Below are positions 11,114 through 20,305 of a DNA stretch of 41,993 nucleotides, piece after piece. The notes beneath the pieces are model-generated. The model had not been told where the DNA came from, did not search any database, and saw only the letters and a list, made by a program, of their open reading frames with translations. The DNA lies in NCBI GenBank assembly GCA_002171735.1, contig NHDO01000041.1, positions 20,630 to 62,622 of the forward strand, given 5' to 3'. Made by a program: the position numbers and the translations under genes. Each line of letters begins with the position of its first letter. The stretch's first letter is position 1. The DNA is from Proteobacteria bacterium TMED61. GTDB taxonomy: Bacteria > Pseudomonadota > Gammaproteobacteria > Arenicellales > UBA868.

Positions 11114-11659
11114 TCAGGCTTCGCTCCACCACGGAGACAGGCGATCCTTGATGTCACGAGATAGTTCATCCCGCAAGGATTCTGGAAGGGATTCGCCGGA
11201 CTGCAGTGACAATCGCTTTTCGACTGCACCGACGAGTTCGTCCACAAGTTCATCCAGATAATTGCTTGAGTCTCGAGCATTTGCGTTATCGGATCCCAGT
11301 CTCTCGGGGGTCTCAGAGACTGCCGATGTGATGGATTTTGAACTATCTGCCGCTTCTGCATTATCTGTTTGCACTATAGCCTCCACTTTAGCGGCCGGGT
11401 GATCATTCTCATGCGCTGAGTGGTTCTCCGTCGAAGCGGCTTCGGGAACGAACATGTCAACGGTCTCTGGTCCGTTCGGAAGATCGCCACCTTCAGTCGC
11501 AGGGACCTCGTTGTTCAGGGGATCCGAGAGAGTGGCAGACAAGGGGTTATCGTTATCGAGCGCGCTCTGCCGAGACGTTTCGTCATCTGCCGGCGCGATC
11601 AACTTTCCGAGATCCTGCAGCTCACGGATCAGTTTTTTGCGATTTTCTTCTTTGTTCAT
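11114..11659 (-). CDS. Hypothetical acidic protein with helix / disordered linker / helices architecture (PopZ-like, see findings)
   Basis: 181 aa filling the holC-valS gap on the same strand; D/E/P/S/N-rich middle, amphipathic termini. Confidence 0.75.
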   Translation of the reverse strand: MNKEENRKKLIRELQDLGKLIAPADDETSRQSALDNDNPLSATLSDPLNNEVPATEGGDLPNGPETVDMFVPEAASTENHSAHENDHPAAKVEAIVQTDNAEAADSSKSITSAVSETPERLGSDNANARDSSNYLDELVDELVGAVEKRLSLQSGESLPESLRDELSRDIKDRLSPWWSEA

Positions 11660-11674
11660 TTCAGGGGTACGCCG

Positions 11675-12106
11675 CTACAGACGGATCTCATGTGTGACAG
11701 GGTCAAGCCCCTGATCACGATAAAACCGAAACCGTTTTCTTCCGGAGTCGCGTTGCGCACTCTCACCGCCGACAATTTCCGCAACCCGAGCGAATCCACC
11801 GAAATCGGCGACCGGTTCGTCAGCCAATGAGACAATGACCTGCGCATTCTCGTTACTGGGAGGGCCGTATCCGATTGTGACTGGCGCCTCAGATTGACCG
11901 GAAGAAGACAACTGGTGCGGAACAAAGCTACTTTGGGAAAACGTCCAGAGCAGTTCATCCATCTTGCTGGCCTGATCTTTATCCTGGCATCGCACGTAGA
12001 TTCGGTGTCCCGCCTGATAGGCCTTCTCGGTGACCCGGCAGGCTAGTGTCAGGTGTCCCTGGGGTGCACCTGTGGCCTGGACATAAAAATCTACGCGGCA
12101 GGCCAT
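11675..12106 (-). CDS. holC: DNA polymerase III subunit chi
   Basis: RVDFY, LACRVTEKAY, MDELLWTFSQSSFVPH, GRKRFRFYR; pepA-holC-valS synteny. Confidence 0.95.
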   Translation of the reverse strand: MACRVDFYVQATGAPQGHLTLACRVTEKAYQAGHRIYVRCQDKDQASKMDELLWTFSQSSFVPHQLSSSGQSEAPVTIGYGPPSNENAQVIVSLADEPVADFGGFARVAEIVGGESAQRDSGRKRFRFYRDQGLDPVTHEIRL

Positions 12107-12121
12107 ACCTACTGAATCCCC

Positions 12122-13618
12122 TCAGCGCTTTGCACGATTAATCAAAAACCGGGTCAACATCGATACCGGCCGGCCGGTAGCGCCCTTGTTCGCACCTGAG
12201 TGCCATGCAGTGCCTGCGATGTCGAGATGGGCCCAGGTCATATCCTTGGTAAATCTCGCTAGAAAACAGGCCGCGGTAACGGCGCCCGCGGTGCGTCCCC
12301 CGATATTCGCCATATCGGCAAATGGACTGTTAAGTTGTTTTTGGTATTCATTCCAAATCGGCATTCTCCATGCGCGGTCACGTGCGCTTTCTCCAGACGC
12401 CAGCAATTCCTCCGCGAGATGGTCATCGGGACTAAAGAGTCCTGTCGCCGGATGCCCGAGAGCGACCACACAGGCGCCTGTCAGCGTTGCGATGTCGATA
12501 ATTGCAGCTGGCTTATAGCGTTCAGCGTACGTCAACGCGTCACAGAGGATCAGCCTTCCTTCGGCATCGGTATTGAGAATTTCAATAGTTTTCCCGGACA
12601 TGCTGGTCACGATGTCACCAGGTTTGTTTGCTGCACCGTCGGGGAGATTTTCACTGCTTGGAACAATCCCGATCACGTTCAGTTTTAACTTGAGCTCTGA
12701 GGCCGCGACCATTGCGCCAAAGACGCTTGCGCCGCCGCACATGTCATATTTCATCTCATCCATCGCGCCGGCAGGCTTTAGGGAGATGCCACCCGCGTCG
12801 AAGGTAAGACCCTTGCCGACTAGAACCACTGGCGCGTCGGAGCGCTGACCCCCTTGATGCTCCATCACGATGAGTCGGGCAGGCTCGCGACTGCCACGGG
12901 AAACCGATAGGAGTGCGCCCATACCCAGGGCTTTCATCTTCGCCTCATCTAGTACATTGACTTTCAATTTGTGACTTTTCCCAAGTTTTCTGGCCTGATT
13001 GGCAAGGTAGCTCGGTGTGCAAAGATTGCCCGGCAGATTGCCCAGGTCTTTGGCCAGCGCCACCCCGTTTGCGATGGCGCAGGCCTCCTGAATCCCTGCA
13101 CGCATTGCGGCATCGTTTTTTCCGGAACTAGCAAGCAAGCTGACACGTTTCAGGGGGCATTGACGCCGCGTGGCTTCTTTCCCCTTTGCGGTTTTTAACT
13201 GATTGAATCGGTAACTCGCCTCCTGAATAGCCTGGGATATCACCCGGGCGCGGGTTGTTGCATCAGTGCCAGTAACCGCTATTTCAGTTAAAGTGACTAC
13301 CGCGCTGACGGATTGGGTGTCGCACAATTGGCGTGCCGCCGCAATCGCCGCGCTGGCCAAGTCATCGATATCCGGCTTATCACCCACCCCGACCAGCAGT
13401 AAGCGTTTCGCCTGAATTCCGCCAGGAAACGGGACCAGCAAAACACTCCCAGGACGTCCGTCGATGTCACCCGAGTCCATCAGGGACTTGATAAGACCCT
13501 TTGACGCCCTCTCGATTTTTCGTGTGCTTGGCGATTGTTGCACGCCCTCGCGGACAGCCACCACTAAACAGTCGGTACGGGCATGAAGTACATCAAGAGA
13601 CGATAGTTGGATTTTCAT
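12122..13618 (-). CDS. pepA: Leucyl aminopeptidase (M17)
   Basis: VGKGLTFDAGGISLKP, MKYDMCG, NTDAEGRL, WAHLDIAGT; ATG at 13618 preferred. Confidence 0.97.
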   Translation of the reverse strand: MKIQLSSLDVLHARTDCLVVAVREGVQQSPSTRKIERASKGLIKSLMDSGDIDGRPGSVLLVPFPGGIQAKRLLLVGVGDKPDIDDLASAAIAAARQLCDTQSVSAVVTLTEIAVTGTDATTRARVISQAIQEASYRFNQLKTAKGKEATRRQCPLKRVSLLASSGKNDAAMRAGIQEACAIANGVALAKDLGNLPGNLCTPSYLANQARKLGKSHKLKVNVLDEAKMKALGMGALLSVSRGSREPARLIVMEHQGGQRSDAPVVLVGKGLTFDAGGISLKPAGAMDEMKYDMCGGASVFGAMVAASELKLKLNVIGIVPSSENLPDGAANKPGDIVTSMSGKTIEILNTDAEGRLILCDALTYAERYKPAAIIDIATLTGACVVALGHPATGLFSPDDHLAEELLASGESARDRAWRMPIWNEYQKQLNSPFADMANIGGRTAGAVTAACFLARFTKDMTWAHLDIAGTAWHSGANKGATGRPVSMLTRFLINRAKR

Positions 13619-13748
13619 AGGGTTCCTGAGTGGGCAGACCACACCTGCGTGGCGGTTAGTGGGACAGAATCACTGATTCACGTAAAATGAGTGCGTATTT
13701 TGGTAGTTGATTGAACGCCATGTCAAAACCTCTTTTGTGGTGCGGTCC

Positions 13749-14849
13749 ATGATCCTGCGCAGGGCGCTGGCCCGGGAAGTGCTCCTGACAAGCTTTGCCG
13801 TCACTGCGGTGATTTTTTGTATCTTTATCGTGGTTCGGGTGTTGGGATTTTTGCGTCAGGCGGCTGAGGGCGTGATTCCCGTGGACAGCATCTTTATCCT
13901 GCTGTTTCTGAAGGTCATTGCATACATGGATGTTATTTTGCCACTGATGATGTTTGTTGCGATGTTGTTGGTGCTGAGTCGCTGGAGTCGCGAAAATGAA
14001 CTGACCATCATGGCGGCGTCAGGCCTGGGACTCTCCCATCTGCTTCGGCCCGTGGTATTTCTAATTCTCGTCGGCGCTATCATCGTTGGGAGTTTCTCCC
14101 TGGTGGTCGGTCCTATGGCGGTGCGGTCGGTCGGAGCGATAGAGCATGAACTCAAATCCCGAACCGACATAGTTGGCGTCAGTCCTGGGATATTTATGGA
14201 AGCGCAGGCGGGCCGTGCAATCTACTTTGTAGAGAAACTGAATAAAGACAATGGTCGATACGAAGGCGTGTTCGCCTGGAGTTCAAACGCGGGGCGCGAG
14301 GGCGTGGTACTTGCGCAGTCGGCGTACCGGCACGCAGACCCGGACAAGGGTCAGGTATTCTTGGTACTTGAAAACGGTGTCCGCTATGAGGGTGCGCCAG
14401 GAGACAGCGTGTACCGGGTGATAAATTTTGAGCGTTATACCTTGAGAGACAAGAGTACTTCGGTAGTGCCTGTGAAATATCCACTGCACGGCTGGAAGAC
14501 CATACAGCTATGGCAAAGTTGGGGCCCCCATGAGCAAAAGGAGATTGCCTGGCGGTTTTCCAAAGTTCTGGTCCTCCCGGTACTTATGGTGTTTGCACTG
14601 GGTTTTGGTCGGGTACAGCCGCGCAGTAGCCGCTATGTTTCGATGTTCAGCGCACTACTCGTTTATTTTACGTATACAAACCTGGTGACCATGGCTTGCG
14701 CACGGATTCCAAACGAGGGTGTGGGTGCCATGGGGTTTTTGGCTTTTGTGCATGCCGGTTTCGCTTTTGCTGCGGCCTATCTCTTTTGGCGCCGCGCCCA
14801 TGATCAGCCGTTACTTTCTGTGATGCGGCCGCGCCAGCGGACGGCCTGA
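13749..14849 (+). CDS. lptF: LPS export ABC transporter permease LptF
   Basis: MILRRALARE, ENELTIMAASG, three TM + periplasmic domain + three TM; divergent from pepA. Confidence 0.92.
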   Translation: MILRRALAREVLLTSFAVTAVIFCIFIVVRVLGFLRQAAEGVIPVDSIFILLFLKVIAYMDVILPLMMFVAMLLVLSRWSRENELTIMAASGLGLSHLLRPVVFLILVGAIIVGSFSLVVGPMAVRSVGAIEHELKSRTDIVGVSPGIFMEAQAGRAIYFVEKLNKDNGRYEGVFAWSSNAGREGVVLAQSAYRHADPDKGQVFLVLENGVRYEGAPGDSVYRVINFERYTLRDKSTSVVPVKYPLHGWKTIQLWQSWGPHEQKEIAWRFSKVLVLPVLMVFALGFGRVQPRSSRYVSMFSALLVYFTYTNLVTMACARIPNEGVGAMGFLAFVHAGFAFAAAYLFWRRAHDQPLLSVMRPRQRTA

Positions 14850-14855
14850 CGATCC

Positions 14856-15923
14856 ATGAAACTACTGGAACTCTATCTTGCGAGAGTGCTCATGGGCCAA
14901 ATCTTGGTGGTACTTTCTGTGCTTGCCGGGATTTTCGCATTCGTCACCTTTATTGATCAGGTTTCGTATCTTGGAACGGGAAATTATTCCATCCTCGACG
15001 CCTTGCGTTATGTCCTTTTGAGTACGCCCCGGATCACTTATGAGATTTTTCCGATGGCAGTTCTGATCGGGGCGATTCTTGGACTCTCCTTGCTGGCGCT
15101 GGATTCCGAGTTGATCGTGATGCGCTCCAGCGGGGTGTCGATTGGCCAGATTACTTCGGCGGTACTTAAATTGGGATTTTTTCTCGCGCTGATTGCGCTC
15201 CTGATTGGTGAGTTTTTGACCCCTTGGACCGAAACACTGGCACAAAGGGGGCGGGCCCAGGCGCTTGAGCAAAATATCGAGCACAAGTCCAACTCCGGAC
15301 TCTGGATGCGAGATGGCGGGACTTTCGTAAACGTAGGTGAGGTATTGCCTGATCTTTCACTGCGCGATATCCGGGTCTTCCAGTTCGATAACAGCAGCCA
15401 GCTTCGGGCACTGGTTCACGCCGGCCGGGGGTATTTCTCGGAAACATTCTGGGATCTCGACGAGGTGAAGCAGACTTTAATTGACGAACAGGGCTTTACG
15501 ACCGTCGCTCAGGCGCCCAAGGCGCGCTGGACTACGTCCGTGACGCCGCAGACCATGTCGGTATTTTTAGTTCAGCCGGATCAACTGTCATTGATGCAGT
15601 TGCGAAAATATATCGCGCATCTGGTCACGAATGTTCAGGATACGAGGAATTTTGAACTCGCTTACTGGTCGAAACTCAATCTGCCACTCGCGACCGGCGT
15701 GATGTTGCTGCTCGCGATACCGTTCGTATTCGGCAGTATCCGCACCGATGGCATGGGCAGGAATCTGTTTATCGGGATCATGATCGGGATCGCCTTCTTT
15801 GCCGCGAGCAAGGCGCTGGGTTACATTGTCCTGGTCTATCGACTGCCACCCATTCTTGGTGCCAGTTTGCCGACGCTGGCTTTCGCCGTTGTGGCAGGAT
15901 TGTTGTATCGCCGCATCCCGTAA
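14856..15923 (+). CDS. lptG: LPS export ABC transporter permease LptG
   Basis: SELIVMRSSGVS, GLWMRDG, PFVFGSIR; tandem with lptF. Confidence 0.94.
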   Translation: MKLLELYLARVLMGQILVVLSVLAGIFAFVTFIDQVSYLGTGNYSILDALRYVLLSTPRITYEIFPMAVLIGAILGLSLLALDSELIVMRSSGVSIGQITSAVLKLGFFLALIALLIGEFLTPWTETLAQRGRAQALEQNIEHKSNSGLWMRDGGTFVNVGEVLPDLSLRDIRVFQFDNSSQLRALVHAGRGYFSETFWDLDEVKQTLIDEQGFTTVAQAPKARWTTSVTPQTMSVFLVQPDQLSLMQLRKYIAHLVTNVQDTRNFELAYWSKLNLPLATGVMLLLAIPFVFGSIRTDGMGRNLFIGIMIGIAFFAASKALGYIVLVYRLPPILGASLPTLAFAVVAGLLYRRIP

Positions 15924-15980
15924 ATTACGCTACGCTCGGCTTCGCATGTCTAAAATAGTGCTGATCCTTTAATTTTTGCG

Positions 15981-16973
15981 ATGCAAAACTCGAACCCGAT
16001 AATCGCCCAACCCTTTTCTGGGGAGCGTGTCTGGAATACGCAGTCGTCGCTGGAGCCGCAGACACGATTTTCGTTATCGGCAGAGGGCGTTGCAAAGAAT
16101 TGCGCTGAAGAGCTCGCATCCCTCGCAGAGGATTCCACCAGCGGGGATGGGCCGATCGAAAACTTTATTCCGCCGCAGTTTCGTCTTGACGCCTGTCGTG
16201 AGCTTGCTGCCTCTGTTCGTACCGTGCTTGATCAAGGTCCGGGGTTTGCCATCATTGATGGCTTTCCGATTGTGGATCGGAGCCCCCACACTATCCGCCT
16301 CATGTACTGGAGTTTTATGAGTCTCATCGGCAGGCCGGTGGCGCAGACCTTCACAGGCGAAATGATTTATGACGTTCAGGATGATAGGGTTCAGGCGGAA
16401 CTTGGAAAAGGGGTACGTTCTTCGAAGACGGCAGACGGGCAGGTCTACCACACCGATAATCATCCCCGACCGCCGAGCTACGTTTCCCTACTGTGTTTGC
16501 AAACAGCAGAAGAGGGTGGACTCAGCGGACTCATCAATCTTTACGAAGTCTATAACCGATTACTCGAACACTATTCGGACAGGATTCCCCGGATGTATCA
16601 GCCTTTCTGGTTCGACCGGCAAAGAGAGCATGAGCCCGGAGAGAGTCCCGTCAGCAGAAATCCGATTTTTGAGATTGGTGAGAATGGGTTAACGATTCGC
16701 GTGGTGACCACGCTGATTCGGCAGGGTTATCAGCTCGCCGGGGAAACCCTCGACCTTGAGACCTGCGAAGCACTGGATGCGCTAGATGAAGTCATGGAGG
16801 CCCCCGGTCTTGGAAAAACCTTTGAATTCCGGCCGGGCCAGGTTCAGGTCGTCAACAATCGCCGTATTGGCCATCGAAGAACGGCGTTTCGGGATGCTTC
16901 CGAGCCTGAGAAAAGGCGTCACCTCATCCGGTTGTGGCTGAGGGATGAAGGCGAGCGCTCATTTATGGGGTGA
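15981..16973 (+). CDS. Fe(II)/2-oxoglutarate dioxygenase, TauD/TfdA family
   Basis: HxD (YHTDN), LLCLQTAEEGGLS, distal NNRRIGHRRTAF, RHLIRLWL. Confidence 0.88.
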   Translation: MQNSNPIIAQPFSGERVWNTQSSLEPQTRFSLSAEGVAKNCAEELASLAEDSTSGDGPIENFIPPQFRLDACRELAASVRTVLDQGPGFAIIDGFPIVDRSPHTIRLMYWSFMSLIGRPVAQTFTGEMIYDVQDDRVQAELGKGVRSSKTADGQVYHTDNHPRPPSYVSLLCLQTAEEGGLSGLINLYEVYNRLLEHYSDRIPRMYQPFWFDRQREHEPGESPVSRNPIFEIGENGLTIRVVTTLIRQGYQLAGETLDLETCEALDALDEVMEAPGLGKTFEFRPGQVQVVNNRRIGHRRTAFRDASEPEKRRHLIRLWLRDEGERSFMG

Positions 16974-16974
16974 C

Positions 16975-16992
16975 GCCCCGGCGCTCCGGGGC
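16975..16992. terminator. GC hairpin between convergent dioxygenase and ald genes
   Basis: GCCCCGG-CGCT-CCGGGGC immediately after the stop codon, T-rich tract shortly after. Confidence 0.5.
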
Positions 16993-17014
16993 CGTCGTGG
17001 GGTTTTGTTGAAAC

Positions 17015-18136
17015 TCAGTTGCTCGTGAGTGCGCTTTTAGGGTCTGTGTAGTCGTACCCAAGGTCGTTGGCAACTTCAAGGCAGGTGACTTTGCCCGCAT
17101 GAACGTTCAGCCCCTTGCACAGGTGCGGGTCTTGCTCGAGTGCTACGCGACAGCCGTTATTGGCCAGAGCAAGAATATGCGGCAGGGTGACATTATTGAG
17201 TGCGAAAGTCGATGTGCGTGGAACGCCACCGGGCATGTTGGCGACGCAATAGTGGACCACCTCGTCAACCACATAGGTGGGGTCGGCATGGGTGGTAGGT
17301 TTTGATGTCTCGCAGCAGCCGCCCTGGTCAATGGCGACATCGACAATAACCGAACCCGGTTTCATCGCAGTCACCATTTCGGCAGTAACCAGTTTCGGCG
17401 CGGCCGCGCCGGGAATCAGTACACCCCCGATAACCAGATCAGCCTCGAGCACGTGCCGCTCGAGCGCATCACGGGTTGAAAAGACCGTATTGGTGGATCG
17501 TCCAAACTGCTGCCAATGAGCTTCTATGACTTCAGGACTTCGGTCTATGACCCAGACGTCAGCACCCATACCCACGGCGATATGGGTCGCATGCGTGCCG
17601 ACGACCCCGGCGCCTAGGACCACGACTTTGGCCGGGTCCACACCAGGGACGCCCCCGAGCAGCATGCCAAGGCCTCCGTGGGGGTGTTCCAGGCAATAGG
17701 CGCCCGCCTGAATCGCCATTCTTCCAGCAACTTTTGACATCGGCGCCAGCAGGGGCAGGCCGCCGTGTGGGGAGGTTACGGTTTCATAAGCGATGCACGT
17801 GGCACCGCTGGCGACGAGATCACGGGTCTGATCGGGATCCGGAGCAAGATGCAGGTAGGTAAATAGAATCTGACCGGACGAGAGCATGGCCCGCTCGTTC
17901 GCCTGTGGCTCCTTGACCTTTACGATCATTTCGGCGCGAGCAAAGATATCCTGAGGGTCATCGATGATCTCGGCACCGACCGAGCGATATTCTTCGTCCG
18001 AGGCGCCAATACCTTCGCCGGCCAGGGATTGAACTAGCACCTGGTGGCCGTGGGTGACCGCCTCTCGCACGCTGGCAGGCGCCATGCCGACCCGATACTC
18101 GTGATTTTTGATCTCCTTTGGAACTCCTATCAGCAT
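17015..18136 (-). CDS. ald: Alanine dehydrogenase
   Basis: [40 protein letters not shown]. Confidence 0.97.
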   Translation of the reverse strand: MLIGVPKEIKNHEYRVGMAPASVREAVTHGHQVLVQSLAGEGIGASDEEYRSVGAEIIDDPQDIFARAEMIVKVKEPQANERAMLSSGQILFTYLHLAPDPDQTRDLVASGATCIAYETVTSPHGGLPLLAPMSKVAGRMAIQAGAYCLEHPHGGLGMLLGGVPGVDPAKVVVLGAGVVGTHATHIAVGMGADVWVIDRSPEVIEAHWQQFGRSTNTVFSTRDALERHVLEADLVIGGVLIPGAAAPKLVTAEMVTAMKPGSVIVDVAIDQGGCCETSKPTTHADPTYVVDEVVHYCVANMPGGVPRTSTFALNNVTLPHILALANNGCRVALEQDPHLCKGLNVHAGKVTCLEVANDLGYDYTDPKSALTSN

Positions 18137-18243
18137 GCCACTTTCTCCTGATGATTACGAATTTAAAGGAAGGGGCAGCAGAAATTGCCCGTACCGAAAA
18201 ACGCGCCAGCAGGGAGTCCCCTGATTCCCTTTGTGTGACGGGT

Positions 18244-20022
18244 TCAGTTCACCTGCTGGGCGCACATATCTGACAAATTGATCCCAGCAACGGCGACTGG
18301 CGCTTTCATCGCATCCCGTCGGAAGGGCTCTCCCAGTTCCTGATTCAGGACAACTTCGATAAAGGTCGTGACCTTGTTATTCATTTGCCCGTCTATAGCC
18401 GTATTCAGTGCTTGGCTAAGCGCATCTGCCGTTTCGACTTTGACGCCGTTGACTCCGCAAGCTTTAGCCACTTCGGCGTATTCCACTCCGACGTTTAATT
18501 CTGTTCCCACGAAGTTATCCTCATACCAGAGGGTGGTATTGCGCTTTTCCGCCCCCCACTGATAGTTTCGGAAAATTATCATGGTAATCGGTGGCCACTC
18601 ATTGCGGCCACAGGCGGTCATTTCGTTCATGGAGATGCCAAAAGCGCCATCTCCCGCAAAACCAACCACGGGTGTATCGGGGCAGCCGATCTTGGCGCCT
18701 AGGATGGACGGGAACCCATAGCCACAGGGTCCAAATAGTCCAGGCGCAAGATATTTTCGACCCTCTTCGAAACTCGGGTAGGCATTGCCAATCGCGCAGT
18801 TGTTGCCGATATCCGAGGAGATAATCGCTTCTTTTGGCAGTGCCGCCATGATAGCCTGCCACGCCTGACGCGGAGACATCCGCTCGGGCTGACTGTCGCG
18901 TGAGCGCTGGTTCCAGGTGGTTCCGGGATCATCGTCCTCGTGATTCATCGTGGCGAGTTCCTCTGTCCAGGCGTGTTTGCTGCGGGCAATCTCGGCGAGC
19001 CGGGCGTCGCGGCCGGCATCTCCCGCTTGGGACGCCAGCTGCTCAAGCAGTTGCTCGGCAACCCGTTTTGCATCACCCTGAATGGCCACTTCAACCCGCT
19101 TGGTAAGACCGATCCGGTCAGCATTGATGTCTACCTGGATCAGGCGGGCTTCCTTCGGCCAATAATCGGTTCCGTAGCCCGGCAGGGTGGAGAAAGGATT
19201 CAGCCGCGTACCAAGCGCCAGCACCACATCTGCCTGCGCAATGAGTTCCATTGCTGCCTTGGATCCGTTGTAGCCCAACGGACCAGCAGACAACGCGTGG
19301 GATCCTGGAAAGGCATCATTATGCTGATAGTTGCAACATACCGGCGCGCTGAGTTTTTCTGCAAGCGCGGCGGACGCCTCGATGGCACCGCTCAGCACCA
19401 CACCCGCACCGTTAAGGATTACGGGGAATTGGGCTTCCGAGAGCAGTGCCGCCGCACGGGCGATCGAATCGGCACCACCGGGAGAGCGCTCAATCCCAAT
19501 CACTTGAGGTAATTCGATATCGATGACCTGGGTCCAGAAGTCACGCGGCACGTTGATCTGCGCTGGCGCCGAGCCCCTGTGGGCTTTTTCGATGACCCGA
19601 TTCAGGACTTCGGCAATCCGGGTCGGGTCGCGCACTTCTTCTTGATAACAGACCAGATCCTGAAAGATTGCCATCTGTTTGACTTCTTGAAATCCTCCTT
19701 GGCCAATAGTCTTGTTCGCCGCCTGGGGCGTTACCAAAAGGAGTGGCGTGTGGTTCCAGTAGGCCGTCATAACTGGGGTCACGAAGTTGGTGATGCCGGG
19801 GCCGTTCTGGGCAATGGCCATGCTCATTTTCCCCGAAGCGCGGGTGTAGCCATCGGCACTCATGCCAGCGTTACATTCATGGGCGCAGTCCCAGAATTTA
19901 ATGCCTGCTGCGGGAAACAGGTCTGAAATCGGCATCATTGCTGATCCGATAATGCCAAACGCGTGTTCAATGCCGTGCATCTGCAGGACTTTGATAAACG
20001 CCTCTTCGGTAGTCATTTTCAT
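18244..20022 (-). CDS. xsc: Sulfoacetaldehyde acetyltransferase (ThDP-dependent); start 20022 or 20031
   Basis: MKMTTEEAF, GIIGSA, WDCAHE, SDIGNNC, GDGAFGIS...NYQWGAEKRN, ELGEPFRRDAM are characteristic Xsc motifs. Confidence 0.95.
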   Translation of the reverse strand: MKMTTEEAFIKVLQMHGIEHAFGIIGSAMMPISDLFPAAGIKFWDCAHECNAGMSADGYTRASGKMSMAIAQNGPGITNFVTPVMTAYWNHTPLLLVTPQAANKTIGQGGFQEVKQMAIFQDLVCYQEEVRDPTRIAEVLNRVIEKAHRGSAPAQINVPRDFWTQVIDIELPQVIGIERSPGGADSIARAAALLSEAQFPVILNGAGVVLSGAIEASAALAEKLSAPVCCNYQHNDAFPGSHALSAGPLGYNGSKAAMELIAQADVVLALGTRLNPFSTLPGYGTDYWPKEARLIQVDINADRIGLTKRVEVAIQGDAKRVAEQLLEQLASQAGDAGRDARLAEIARSKHAWTEELATMNHEDDDPGTTWNQRSRDSQPERMSPRQAWQAIMAALPKEAIISSDIGNNCAIGNAYPSFEEGRKYLAPGLFGPCGYGFPSILGAKIGCPDTPVVGFAGDGAFGISMNEMTACGRNEWPPITMIIFRNYQWGAEKRNTTLWYEDNFVGTELNVGVEYAEVAKACGVNGVKVETADALSQALNTAIDGQMNNKVTTFIEVVLNQELGEPFRRDAMKAPVAVAGINLSDMCAQQVN

Positions 20023-20305
20023 CAACTTCACTCCTGTAATTGGACCTCGCTGGTTGAGCGCTCCAGTGCGAGTCCTGTGTCGAAAAAGGTGGGCGTAACG
20101 GTAGTTGTCAGCCCTTGCCCTGTTTTAGTCCGCCACCGCCAATCGGCCGTCAATCGCGGCAATCTGCCGACGGTGAAAGAGCGTGTCCCGAGTCACTCGG
20201 GCGTGAGTCTGCGTGGTAATCCGATGAGCGACTGGGGAACCGGGTATCATATAATTCTTCGATTGTCGAAACCACCATCTTGGTCAGTTTGTAAAGGAAT
20301 AAATC

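Noticed and set aside
18174-18230. Two small hairpins between xsc and ald
   Set aside because: Short imperfect stems, consistent with ordinary intercistronic stabilisers
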